Below are positions 14,081-26,976 of a stretch of DNA of 64,000 bases, in pieces; the stretch's first letter is position 1, and each line of letters opens with the position of its first letter. Location: contig CM097887.1 of the NCBI GenBank assembly GCA_044892525.1, forward strand, positions 87,584,397 to 87,648,396, given 5' to 3'. This DNA comes from Schmidtea polychroa. Lineage: Eukaryota. Position numbers and translations under genes: made by a program. The notes under the pieces are model-generated. The model made no database searches, was not told the origin of the DNA, and saw only the letters and a program-made list of their open reading frames with translations.

Positions 14081-15530
14081 TTTTATTCAAATTACAATTC
14101 GCATAATCATCACAAAATTATTGTTGATAAAAAAATTATTCTTGTTTATTTTTTCATGTCTTCATGCTCGATTTACTTATAATTCTAATTTATTATACAA
14201 TATTGCATGAAATTCCAAATGACGTGAATTTCCGTCTCACGTCTTCAAAATGTTAATTAAATAATTTCAAAAAAATTCTGAATTTCTAATTTTGTACAGA
14301 TGACAGAAATAAAATGTTATTGTATGTTGCAGCACTATTTAAGAATTATTTCATCGGATTGATATCTTATTCATTGAGTTCGCTTCCATTATGATATTAT
14401 TACCTTAATATTTCAGTTGATTTACAATAATTTATTTTTATTTTACTATGGAATATTATTAAAACGTGGGGCTATGTGAGGCCTTTAAATAGTAAACACA
14501 ATGCTGGCTTAAACGGAAACTCAATGTGGCACTGATTAAGATCCAAGAGTTTAGGAAGCACTGTACATAGAAAATATAGGTTAACAGAACATAATCTAGG
14601 ATTGAGAAATTTGCAACGAAAATTTAATATTTGAACTAATATTAAAAAAGCTTGCTTGAGAAACTAAAATTTTTAATATGTAAATTTTATCTTGTTATTT
14701 TAATAAAAATTAAGAAAGTATATCTTTTGAACAAAACTCCTTTTACAACTTATATGAAAGTGGTTAACCTATAGATATGACTTAGGCCGCTAGTCTGCTT
14801 TGAGTCAACACAGAATTGACATTATTTACATTATATACGTTTCTATTTTCACATCACTTCCATTCTTTGAAAATCTTAATGATAAAGCAGGTAAATTCTT
14901 GAATAAACATTGAATCATCATAGATTATCGAAATAAGTTTTCTTTCAATTAGAATCTTGCTGCTAATGGAATAAACCAAAGATAGGAGAGTTGGGAGTGT
15001 ATAAACCGTGAAAATTCAATAAGAAAAACAGAATTTTATTTTTTTCATTTTTTTCATGTCGTATTTTAAATATATAGTAAGTCAAAATAAAAAACTTTTT
15101 TCTTTAAATTTTTAATAAAATTTTTAATAAAACGTACAGAATTTTCGTTATTTTTTTTCCTTTTATTCAACAAAAATGTGAAAAAGGATTTTTAATTAGC
15201 ACCCTCATTTTTTTAGGGATACAAGTTGAAACAAAGGTAAAAAACTGTATAAAAATAATAAATATCCATGAAGATAACAATTAGCTTTTATTTATTTTTT
15301 GAGGAATTTGGTCGTATTTTTAATGGTAATTGAATTTTATTGTTGATTATGTGCTAATGAAAAATATTAATACTATACTACAATAAAAATGGGGAAACAT
15401 TGTTTAAGGTAAAATTTTCGTGAATTTCGATCAATGATGGAATTCAAAGTATTTTCAAGTTCAAGAACTGACGAAAATCCTCTTTATCACTGAGGCCACG
15501 ATAATTAAAAAATAAAATAATATTGGTATC

Positions 15531-15950
15531 ATGGCCGATATCGCTGGAAGAGAAAAGAAACGAAAGACTACTGCTTCCATTGATCGGAATATTATGATTT
15601 CTACGAAGAAAAATCGAGTTATTTCAGTTTCAAAGTTAGCCACAAAATTGTATATATTTGTCACGCCACAAGCAATCAGAAATCGTGTCAGAGAACAAGA
15701 ATTCACGGTCAGAGTATTGCACAAAAAACATTTCTTGGCACGCAAGCAAATGAAGCGTCTCCTGGAATTCGCAAAACAGTTTAAGAAGATGCCAATAAGA
15801 AAAAGGTTTATGGTGCAACGAATCGAAATTTAATCTGGTCTCATCGAAGAACATCAGAAAAGTATTGAAAAAGAAAACGTAGCCAATAAAATAAGCTCCT
15901 TACAGGTAACTGTAAAACATGGAGAAAGAAATATTATGGTTTCCGTCGCA
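15531..15950 (+). pseudogene. Tc1-family transposase remnant (DNA-binding region plus start of DDE domain)
   Basis: GREKKRKTT...IRNRVRE...KKHFL..KQMKRLLEFAKQ matches the Tc1 HTH/KKP region; continues across frameshifts as ESKFNL and VTVKHGERNIMV (cf. PTVKHGGG-SVMVWG). Confidence 0.8.
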
Positions 15951-16564
15951 TTACAAACCACGAGGGTGCTCAATTTATTTGAAATTTTATTTGTTTCACC
16001 TATTTAATAATTAAAAGTTTTCAATTTTTCACAAATTTTGCATATTTAATGCTTTATTTTTAAAAAATTGATTGATATTTTCTCTCGTCTATAGTTTCCA
16101 ACAGAAATAATTATAAAACAATAAATCTAAAATTCCCGGAAGTTATCAATAAAATCGATGATTTTTAAGGAATATTTTAATTGTCAATTAAAAACAAATC
16201 ATAGTCTCCTTTTAAAATCAATTAAAAAAAAATTAATTTGCAAATATTTTTGAACTCGATTTCTTCAAAAACAATAACTGGGAGAGAAGGACGAAGAAAT
16301 CGGTTCTTGGAATTCATGATCTATATAGCTATGGGAATGAAATTTATAGAATTTACACAATCGATTCTTGTCTGTGATTTTTATACCGAGATTTGCTATA
16401 ATTAGTGCCAAAGGCAAAAGAATAAGTGTGCAAATCATTCTTGTTTTACTGGATTTTCCTATGAGTTATTACGAGGGCATAAATTCGTTGTAAGTATTGA
16501 ATAATATATACGCTACAACTTTACATTCTAACTAAAAATTAAAAAGTGTATGAAAATTAACCTA

Positions 16565-16781
16565 CCGTATATACTCGCGTATAAGTCGAGAAATTTACGT
16601 CAAATTTTCAAGTCAAAATATCCACTTCGACTTATACGCCGGTCAAAAAACGTACAAATTAATTTTTAATGAAATTATTAAACCTTTTTTTATTTTTGTT
16701 ACCTCGACTTATATGCGGGTTTCCAATTTAGGACTTAAAAACCTCTTAAAATTTACTCGACTTATACGCGAGTATATACGG
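16565..16781. mobile_element. pogo/Tc2-like MITE (217 bp)
   Basis: Perfect 26-bp TIRs CCGTATATACTCGCGTATAAGTCGAG; TA duplication on both sides; internal CGACTTATA(C/T)GC repeats. Confidence 0.93.
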
Positions 16782-16906
16782 TATGTAAAATATTTTAAAT
16801 TAAGACTTTTTTCATACCAAAAATAATCTTAAATGAAATCTTTCCCATCACAGTTATTATAAATGAAATATTATAATTGTTATTATAAAAGTTATTATAA
16901 ATAAAA

Positions 16907-17028
16907 AGGAGATTGACAAGGACTATCTTATAGTCGAAAATTTTTTCATTAAATACATTATTCACAGCAAAAGGCTTAAATTATCACTTTATTGTTTTAA
17001 ATAATAAATGCTGCTAGCAAGAAATCAT
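16907..17028 (-). repeat. Inverted copy of 12077-12198 (dispersed repeat)
   Basis: About 120 bp, near-identical to the reverse complement of 12077-12198, including the hairpin loop sequence. Confidence 0.9.
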
Positions 17029-18860
17029 CACTTAATACTTATAAATGAAATAATTAAGAAGATGGTTTAAATGGGATAAGTAAGAGATAAAATGTAAGTG
17101 TTTTATTAAATCTTTTTCCAAGCTTTAATGAAATGCAATTTCTTTATCTAACTTTCAATATCTATTTCTTTATTTCATATTCAACATAACTTTATTCGGA
17201 TTTTCACTTAAATTAAGTTCCTCATCCAAGCCCCAGTTCTCATTTTGATCAAAGGTTTTAATTTAGAAAAAAAAATAATTAAAAACGTAATGCTTAGATC
17301 TACGAAATAATCTAAACATAAATCTAATAGGTTAATAAAAAAGTATGAACAATTGATTCTAAATTTTGAAGAGAATTGGCGAACGAGTTGAATGGAGATA
17401 GCGCAGATTTGATAGAGGAAAAAGAGCTTGATCCATTCTACAGGATAAAGAAATTCATTCCATGAATAAACATTTTGCTTCCTCGTGCGATAATGGAGGG
17501 AAATATATTTAATACAACTTCTTAAAATTGTTATTTTAAAAATTTTGTTAAACATTCCAAAGTTTTCAATTCTGTGTATTGAATATTTGCTGAGGTCTCA
17601 AACCTTTTGACATCATATTCAAAAGGAGTTTGACACTTTGCGACGACATTTAATGATGGGGCAAGGGGCTAAAAATCTGGCAAAATGTTTGACGTAATTT
17701 ATGGGTCATTACTACTCATAATGAAAAATACCTTCACAGTTTAATAATATGAAAGTGAATTATATATTAATTAATTAATTAAATATATCAATGTTTGTGT
17801 ATGATGAATCTAAGAATCATAAAAACTACAAGATGTCGATATTTTATTTTCAAAAAAGATTTTGTCTATATGGAAATACTTATTATTAGATTCTATTAAT
17901 TGGTTGCCCTTAATTATGACCGTGTTTGCGTTAATTTATAAGTTCCGTGAAGTGATTTATAGGTAAGTTAACGAGAAGAATTTAAGCTTTAAGAGTTTCA
18001 TTAAAAGCAGGACGTTATTTCCACTTATACGAGAGATTGATTCGCATAGAGATGTCAAAGAGGTCCCAAAATTCTTAATACCCAAAAAGTATGGGTAGCA
18101 ATAAGCTGACGATTTTTGAGTCTATATGAGATGCTATAATGCGGTTATATTTAATTTATAACTAATAATAACTTAGTTATTTTCCAAAATGTAAATATCT
18201 ACAGAACACTTGTAATATTAGGAAGACTAAATCATAGCCATTTTAATTTATAAAAAATTTATAAAAAATTTCAAAGTAAAAAAAACAAAAAAATTAAAAA
18301 TCCTACGTAAATGTGAGCGGTAAATTTATTAAATAATTTATTAAATTCTATTTACTCATATAAAATAAAAATAATTTATTTTCAGCAAAATCATATTTGA
18401 AATTAAAATTAATTCATTTTATGGTTCCTTTTTTTATAGAAAAAATTAGAATTTTACATTTAACATTTCATATTTTCAAAATATTGTTGTAATGAACATA
18501 AAGATTTTCGACTAGATAATGTCACAAGAAATTTTTTTGTCACAACTAAAATTAATTTCTTTTTAATAAATCAGTAGGATTCCTGATAAAGTAGAGGAAA
18601 TAAAATTAATTTTCGTAAGAGCAACAATAATTCAGTTAAAATTGGACAAACTTTGGACAAAGTTATTGAGCTAAAGTATTTTTTCAAACTTGATGTGTCG
18701 TAAAAAAATAATTATTTTATTTATTTACACAATAATACTCATTTCACTTTTCGAATTCAAATCGAATACAGTAAATTAGAATTTCTTTGAAAAAATCAAC
18801 GATGACACTGTTGAAATGCTGAAATAAAAAGTTTCCTTCATAATTTCTTGAAAATGCTTG

Positions 18861-18895
18861 GTGTGCCGCGATCCAAAAAAGGTTGGGAAACACTG
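18861..18895. mobile_element. Right end of a Charlie-like hAT element
   Basis: GTGTGCCGCGA...AAAAAAGGTTGGGAAACACTG is the typical CAGTGTTTCCCAACC TIR in reverse, followed by CTTTAGAA (NTYTAGAN-type target). Left end not found. Confidence 0.6.
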
Positions 18896-18896
18896 C

Positions 18897-19305
18897 TTTA
18901 GAAGCTCGGCAATTTTAATTACATTTTTAATCATAATATATAAAGCAAATCATTTAATATAAATAGTGAAAGGCTGATTTTAGAAATAATCTCTTATTTT
19001 CTAGAAATTAAATTTTAATTATTTTTTAATATATTTTTCAAAATTTCCACATATTATCAAACTCGTTGAATGTGGAAATACCGGATAGTTTATTTTTATT
19101 CTATTCTTTGCTTACATTTTAATAGTCTATAACAGTGATGAGCAGCACGTGGCCTTTCTTACATATTTTATCTAATTTTTTTAAATTTTAATTTAATTCC
19201 CAGGAAATAAGAGATCATTTTTACAATCAGCCTTTCACTATTTACACTAAATGATTTGCTTTATATTATGACTCAAAGTGTAATAAAAATTTATGAGCTC
19301 CTAAA
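18897..19305. repeat. Diverged inverted repeat, ~115-bp arms, ~180-bp spacer
   Basis: 18897-19013 versus the reverse complement of 19191-19305; shared core TAAAGCAAATCATTTA..TAAATAGTGAAAGGCTGATT. Confidence 0.85.
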
Positions 19306-20879
19306 TTGATGCCTAAATTGAGTATTTTTTTTAATTTTGCATTAAGGTTTATACCCAATGCTAGAACCAAAATTGTCGTTGGTCTTCCATGGCGTGCTTG
19401 TTCTATAATTTCTAATTGTCGTAACAAATCTGATGATGGATACTAATAAAGCAAGATTTGAGACATGTAGGGCTTAAATTAGAATTTGTGAGATTCCTAT
19501 TAAAATCAGATGCTGATTAGTTTGATTAAGATGGATTGGTTGCTGTTGAATAAAGACCGTTACAAAATATTAATAACTTTTACATAATGCCAGTAATAAA
19601 ACGTTTTCATTACTATTTAAAAAAATGAATCTATTAACATCACTTAAATGGCCCCTAGGCTGTAACTTCTGTATAAATTTTGGGAATGATTTGTATTGTT
19701 TATTATTAATTATTAATGTTATGAAATTCAATTAAAATCATATTGATATAAAAGTTTAATTGGAACATTTATTAAACATATTCCCATCCCATTAATCATT
19801 TAATAAGACTTTTAATTGATTTAATGTTTAATTTTAGGATATATTCTATCAAAATGAATTAAATTCAATGATTATGTTAAATATAGAATCGCTAATATTA
19901 AAATGATTTTATCTCATTGTAGTAATCTACATCATTTGAAGTAACTGTTAGCAACAAAAGCAAGTAAAATAATAATAGAAGAGGTACATGTTGTAAACAC
20001 TAATACTAATTTTAAAGTCAAAGACATAAAGAAATTATTAAAATAAATCCTAAATATAGACTATTTTTAAAAAAATAAATTAAAATAACTGACACTTGTT
20101 AAATTGTTGCTGCAGATTGCGAAGCACTTCTCATCTATTTTAATAAGAAAATGAAAGTAAAAATCGAGTAAATGCTAATCATACTCATTTCTTTATTCAA
20201 TTTTTCCATGGTAAATGACTTATCAAATGTAATGTTAAAATTTTTGACAACAGTCTGAGCGACAGTAAATTTATAACCATAAAAGCTCACTGTTTTGAAA
20301 ATAACAAATAATCATATTGTACATAATTCAAGAAATTCATACCAGAAAATAAATAAATCCAATAAATAAATGATTTCATAGTGATTATTGATTAAAAAAT
20401 ATCAAAATTAAAGTATAAAATTTCTAAGATTGTTTCAAATGTCTTTCAAATATAATGATCATTAATGACTCGTTTAAACAAAGTAACAAAGTATTTTTAA
20501 AATAAAAAATGATAGTGATTTTAAGTCAAAGAAAAATATTTACCTCCTTTGCCGAATTAAATTTATATATAAATTTTTCACATTAAGAAAAATATCAAAC
20601 AAATTAGCTATTAATATATAGATTTTATCTACTCTGAGGCCTCGATTTGAGTCGTTAATTGGTTCCAAAGAAACACGACGCAACATAAATTGTAATTTTC
20701 AACATATTTAATATAATTGCCTCTGATAAAATCTGAAATCCGTTTGCTTATAAAAATTTTTGGTACAGCAGAAGTGTTTCTTTTGATGATGATATTTATC
20801 CCTCTACTACATATTAATGTGGTTTAAATATTAAAGTGAGGAATAAATATTACTACTATATTTAGAAGAGATCTATGTA

Positions 20880-21860
20880 GTGAGATGAAGAAGGCCAGAA
20901 CAGAATATGACAAGAAGTTACAGAGACGCGGTTACAAATCATGCAAGAAATATTGTATCACCGAGATATAATAGCGAACCGAGAGAGTATCGTGAAGAAA
21001 GACCGAACAGAACTAAGAACGAATGTTTGACATATCACAAGGTAGGACATTTGAGTAGAGATTGCATAACAAACGCAGTTATATGTTTTACATGTGGAAG
21101 ACAAGGACATGTAAGTAGTCAGCGTCCACAGATGCAGAGATAAATTATCGAATGTTATGCGTGTGGTACCCCGGAACACGTGAGAAGAGAAGAGTTGCAA
21201 AAACAATTTGGTATTCAACTAAAGTGATCAGTAGAAGATATCGAGAAAACAAAGCAAGAGTACTTGTGCAGTATTAAAGCTAAATTTGGAAAGACAATAA
21301 CAGAGATGGATCGATTTCAAAGAGCAAAGATAAATAAACTTTAAAGTTAAAAAAACCCAATACTACTAAACATTATAATAATGAATAAAAATGTTTTATG
21401 GCTGATAAATGGGACAAAGCTGTTGAGGCATTAAATGGAAACTCAAGGAAAACCGATAAATATTACACCTTCAACAAGGTCAGGGCAATACTGCTTTAAC
21501 AGAATGCCAATTGGAATGGCAGTGACACCGGGTATGTTTCAGAAACTGATGGGAAAAGTATTAATTGGTACGAGATATGCAGTAGTAAACCTAGACGATA
21601 TTTTTATATTTACAGAAATGATCAATCATCACAATGAAATGTTGGACAAAATTGGAAAGGCAGGTTTTAGGATAAACCCTGAAAAGTGCCATATCCTTAT
21701 AGAAGAAGTCGAATATTTAGGTCATATAATCAACAAAGATGGAATACAACCCATCAAAGCTAGACGCGATTAAATCATTTGAAAAGCCAAAATATGTTAA
21801 GAATCTGAGATGCTACCTAAGAACAACGCAATTTCAGACATGGATTAACTACCTCAGTAG
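20880..21860 (+). mobile_element. Ty3/gypsy LTR retrotransposon remnant (gag zinc knuckles plus RT)
   Basis: Three CCHC-like knuckles (CLTYHKVGHLSRDC, CFTCGRQGHVSSQR, CYACGTPEHVRRE); RT motifs GQYCFNRMPIG..VTPGMFQKLM, NLDDIFIF (YxDD decayed), INPEKC, VEYLGHII. Stops and deletions present. Confidence 0.88.
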
Positions 21861-21899
21861 ACTGGATATTAAAACAGAGTATATTGCACAGTTTTGTAA

Positions 21900-22495
21900 A
21901 AGGGTGATTTCGTTTAGTTTGTTAGTTGGGAGTAGCGCTATTATGCTGGAACATAGAGATTTTGTTGACTTGACTCCAGATAGCGTTAAAGTTAGTTTCC
22001 CGAATTCTAACCATTTTTGCGGTTTTCCGTTATCGTCTGTGAAGTAGTTGAGTATATTTGTTTTTGGGTTGATTATTGAATTAATGGTGTGTGTATTTTC
22101 TGTGCTGGTATTTGGGTTGCAATAGTAGTGTTTTCGTTGTTGTTGGATATCTGAGGAGTATTTGTTGTGTTTTGTTGGTTTGATGCCATTGTTTGTTTTG
22201 TTGATGTTTTTTTATTGTTTGTTGTGCTCAAGAAAATTGATATGGATATGGCTTAATGTGTTCAGCCAAAAGAGCCACTACGATAGTGGTTGAAATAAAA
22301 TCGTCGAGTGCGAGTGTCTTGTTGTGTTTGCTTCTGACACCAGATTTTTTATTGTCGTTGACTTCCTGTACTTTTATATTACTATAGTGTATTATCGTAG
22401 TTTGTACAAGTTAGAACCCAGCTGTAAAAATACTGTCTCGGGACATCTGGGATGAATGTATGTTATTCGAAAATATTTTTATATGTATAACTACA
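21900..22495 (-). mobile_element. Second gypsy fragment in the opposite orientation: putative 5' LTR, PBS and gag start
   Basis: Minus-strand TGGTGTCAGAAG at 22331-22342 (known gypsy PBS, complementary to the tRNA-Leu 3' end); upstream TATA-like and AATAAA signals; downstream gag-like FTDDNGKPQKWLEF. LTR limits uncertain. Confidence 0.55.
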
Positions 22496-24854
22496 AATAT
22501 CTAATAATAAAAACATTAATAATAAATATTAACAAGAAAAAGAAAGGTTTCTTTTATTTCAAATATTTCGATTTGAACAACCGTTTAGAAGGTAGCTTTC
22601 TTTGAATAGTTTAACTTCCCGAACCACCGTTGGAAATGTGGCTTTCTTTGAATAATTGTTCGGAAAGTTCTTTAATATTTCTTCGGATAATTATTCAGAT
22701 AGTTCTTTAGAGTTGCTAAATTTAGTTTTTATGTTATAATCTTTTTTTAAATTCTATTCCTCTTTAAATTTTTTTAATCGACATTCTTATAGATTTTTTT
22801 CATTTTACTATAGCGATAATTTTTAGTAAATTATCGCTATTTAGTTTTTTAAAATTTCGTTTCCTCGACACTACGGGAACTATAATAATCGTAAAAAAAC
22901 AAAACCTAATTGACGTTTTGTTGAAAACAACAATCACAATAAAAATACAACAATTAACTACAATGCACACAATGTTTATTGGCACACGATGACGCGAAAG
23001 TGGAAAGAATGAAAACCCGAAGAATAAACACAATGGAAAAAGCTGAAGATTACAAGTGGCAAAAAAGACTTTGAATATAAGAAATAAATCTGGTTCTGCT
23101 TAAAACATTAACATAGCACGGAATTACAAAGATTGTAAGATCCTTCCATGATAGAAATTTCGTTGCTTCAAGTGGTCATTTGAGATGGAGTCAGCTTGGA
23201 CCTAGATTTAGACTAAGATTGGAATTCTGACTACAGGTATAAAATGAGACACAAAAGGAGAGAGAGAAGCACAAGATACTGAAAATACTAGTTAAATAAA
23301 GATAAAATAAAATTACCTACAACGATGATACTGCTCTAGCCACCTACAGCAATCCCAGTTAGAGAATACAGAGAAACCACGTACAAGACGCGAATCGTTG
23401 TATTACGCCTCCATGAGATTAGTTCAAGTGGAAAAATAATGTCCAGTTCGAAATAATTTTCATTTAAGTGGGTAAATATTTGCGATTACAAAAAAGGGAA
23501 AATCGCCTAATTTAGTAATCAAATTAATTAGTTTAAACAACCTATAATATCAACCTAATATATCACGAGATAGTTTCGAAGTAATAAACAATTCTTAGAA
23601 AAATATTTTGTTTACTTGTATATTGATATGAACATATAAAAGCCCTTACTTAAGTTTATCAAATTTTATTTTTAATTTTAAGTCGATAGATAACCTTTAG
23701 TAAAAGTAGTTTGAATGTACCATGCTAAATGTCCACCGATGATGAGGAAACTAATTCTGAATGCGACTACTCTGTTTTCCTTCCAATTAAAGATAAGATC
23801 GTTAACAGCGAAGAAATTTATCGTATTCTATAATTATAACAGGTATGAATAGCGCAGAACAAGATGTTTACCAGGCCAGCCCATCGATGGCCGAGACCAA
23901 TCAAGAAGTGTCCCCAGTGAGGCATGAAGGACAAACCACATCTGAAGACGACAAATCCTACGATCAAGTCTTTACCAGACTTTGAACGAGATGGATATGG
24001 GGCTGATAGGGGCCTTCGACGACGTCAAGGAGGCCCTAGATCGGCTACAAAGACTGGAAACCGAGACTCTAGTCGGTGATTTGGAAGATCCTGATGAATA
24101 CACTAAGTCGCAATGTTATCCGGAAAGGACCGTCGCCATCCGGCGTGGATCGCCCTAGAGGTTTACAGCGTGAGAGGCGGGAGCCGCGACGAATACTCAC
24201 AGGAGACGGGAACGCCACCGGAAGACTCCCCTCAACCAATCAGCCGTATTATGATCCGCTGTACATTTTAGACGGTTCTGATACCGTTGTCACCTCAGTT
24301 GACAGATATATTTTGACAATTTACTGTATTCCAATTCATTACAATTTCTACAATTTTCGTGCAACCTGTCTATGTTTCTAAATTTTGATATGCCCGTATT
24401 TGTCTGAATTTGAGGATAAACGGCGCTCTAATACAAGGTCGTAGGGTGGAGTCTACGTATAATACAACGTAGTTTGCCCCACCCCAGAAAAAGATTCTGC
24501 TCTGTAAGGCAACATGGGCCAGGCAACGAATGGCTAAATTAGCCCACATGCCAATCACTCCAGGGCTTCAAGTAAATGCCCCAATGGAGTCGAATATCGT
24601 ACACTAAAAATTTACTGTTGCATGCATGATTAGAATTAAATTTGTGTTTATAGTTATGATAGGTTCTAGTTAATTTAAGTCGGTAATCTCAGACTCCTCG
24701 TGTCCTTTTAATCAAAACAATAAACTACACAACGTATATTTGAATCACAACAATATATTCTTTTCTCAACAATAAACAATCAATAATCAAAGTTAAATTC
24801 ACCGATTATGGGCCTAAATCTTCCTTCTATTTACTTTTCTCTTTGTTTACCCAG

Positions 24855-24974
24855 CTCGGGTTTCTTTTATCTCTCGGGTTTTACATTGGCTCGGGTTTCC
24901 CATTACCTCGGGTTTCCCATTACCTCGGGTTCTCCAATGGCTCGGGTTTCCCATTAGCTTGGGTTTTCTATTAG
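24855..24974. repeat. 17-bp minisatellite, 7 units (CTCGGGTTTCCCATTAC consensus)
   Basis: Units start at 24855, 24873, 24890, 24907, 24924, 24941 and 24958. Confidence 0.93.
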
Positions 24975-25839
24975 CCAATTAATTAATAAATTAACTTTTT
25001 TTGTCTTAACACATTTGAATGCTTTTTGACCCTTTCTAACCATTTTCTGATAAATTCCTAATCATCATCTTGTTAACCATTAGCTAATCTATACCTGTCC
25101 CGTTTTCCCAATTCGATTTCGATGATTTTACAATTTATTGATTTTTCTCGGATTTCCGGATTCTTGAATTTCGCAACTGCTTTTGCCATTTCCTAATACT
25201 GCTTCCATCATACTTTCCTTTACTATCAATTCTGTGCATGATCACGCTTTTATTTGTCTTTTTTCTTCATTTACTTTTATATAAATTTTCCACCTAAATT
25301 TCATTTAAATTTTTTTTAATTTACAGACCTTAACATTTATGTTAAATCGTTTATTTGGATGAACCCTGCTAAAGGTTGATCATTCGGAAACACAATCGGG
25401 AAGTAAAGGGACCGTAAAGAAAATCGGACACAGGCCATCTATCGGAAGTCCGTGGACCCAAGTGAGTACTGGACAATTATAATTACTCACTTTTTGCTAG
25501 TACTCAAACCCTTGGTACAGTACCAACGTTTATTGCTCAACGGGTACCAAGCGGTATAATTGTATTCTGGGTTACGCTGGAAACAGCACGAGATAAAATG
25601 TTTTAACCTGTAACCCACCAGTAATAAAATACGACAAAATGGGGGGGAGTCTAATATCAATATCTTGAAAAAGAAATTTAATTGCCTTGTGAATACGCTA
25701 CACAAAATAAGTGTTATCAGTAAGTACTAAACGCGCTAGAAAATATAAAAGTTGATACCTTTAATCTATTAGTAAAATGTACAAATGAGAGCTCTTAGAA
25801 ATATTAGGAAAGGTTTCGTTAAAAATAAAAATTATAAAT

Positions 25840-26490
25840 CAAGAAAATAAGGTCGATTTCTTAATCGCAAATGAAATTTCACCAAGTGTCATAGGAGTGT
25901 AATATGTTAGATCAATGTAATATGAAACTTGTATTGAACGCTCGAAAAGAAAATATGTTAATGTTGGACGGTGGAAAACCATGTAATTCAAAATATAATT
26001 ATCAAAATTAGTCGAGATGTGACTTTGAATAAAATTACTAAATGTATTTATGAAACATGTTGTTATTAAAAAAGGGATAAAATCTTTAGGACATGTGATA
26101 AACAATGAAGGAATATATATTCAAAACAACTCCAAAAAATATTGGGATGTAAATCAAACAAAAATTATATGGACGAAGGTGAAGAGGGTTTTTTAAAATT
26201 AAAGTCCACAAATATATTTCTTTATGTGCAGTTTCTGAGAAAGATAAATGTATTTTTAAATTTGGCGCTCCAAAGAGTATTCTTTATGATACAGGTCATT
26301 TTAGTTATCTTTATTAAAAGGATTCGCAAAGAAGTGTAATTTATCTAGTATATTCAACTAAGACAAATTGAACGTCAATTTAGAACTATTTGAGATGCTA
26401 TCCCGATATCCTTACAAGAAAAATATACTTGAATTTATGTTGAACGCGGCAATTCAGAAAACTACTCATTTGGGTCCATGCCAAAAAAAA
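25840..26490 (+). pseudogene. Heavily deleted gypsy pol remnant (RT end and integrase core)
   Basis: Fragments SLGHVINNEGI, FKFGAPKSILYDTG, QIERQFRTI and EFMLNAAIQKTTHLGP across stops and frameshifts. Confidence 0.65.
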
Positions 26491-26499
26491 TAACGAACC

Positions 26500-26730
26500 G
26501 TGTGAACTAGAATTATTAATGGAATACAAGGGCCACCAATATTGGGAATAGTGTTTTTTCCAAAATTTAGCCCTATTTGTTTCTACGTGGCTACCTTCCA
26601 TCATTAAAAATACTCCTAGATTCATTGGTTGAATAACTGAAGTTGTACTTGATTGCATAACTATTATCACGGACCATACTTTAGCCAGAACGCATTTCAC
26701 CACCAGCTTGGTCCTCATGGTAGATCGCAA
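26500..26730 (-). pseudogene. Possible gypsy integrase zinc-binding (HHCC) fragment
   Basis: GSHVETNRAKFWKKHYSQYWWP resembles the H-G--RT----R--YWWP segment of gypsy integrases. Confidence 0.45.
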
Positions 26731-26976
26731 GTAAACTACATACTACACAACACAACCTAGAATACAATGATTTGTTATGCCATTCGATACTCGATGAATG
26801 ATAAACGTATCAGTATCTTATTTACTAAATTTAACTACTTGTACTCAACCTGTTGAGTCACTAAGTTTTTTTATAATAGTCATTTTATTAGGGACCACAA
26901 CCAATTATTAGGGTTCAATTTACCCGAAAAAGTACCCTTGCCATAAAGAAATCAAAACAACCAAAAACCAATTTAT

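Noticed and set aside
19466-19564. Possible 99-bp solo LTR (TGTA...AATAAA...TACA)
   Set aside because: Very short, no TSD and no second copy in the window.
22810-22840. 13-bp perfect hairpin ATAGCGATAATTT
   Set aside because: AT-rich and isolated, with no context suggesting function; bacterial-type terminators are irrelevant here.
24855-24974. CRISPR-like appearance of the CTCGGGTT array
   Set aside because: Period is 17 bp, the spacers are related to each other, there are no cas genes and the context is eukaryotic.
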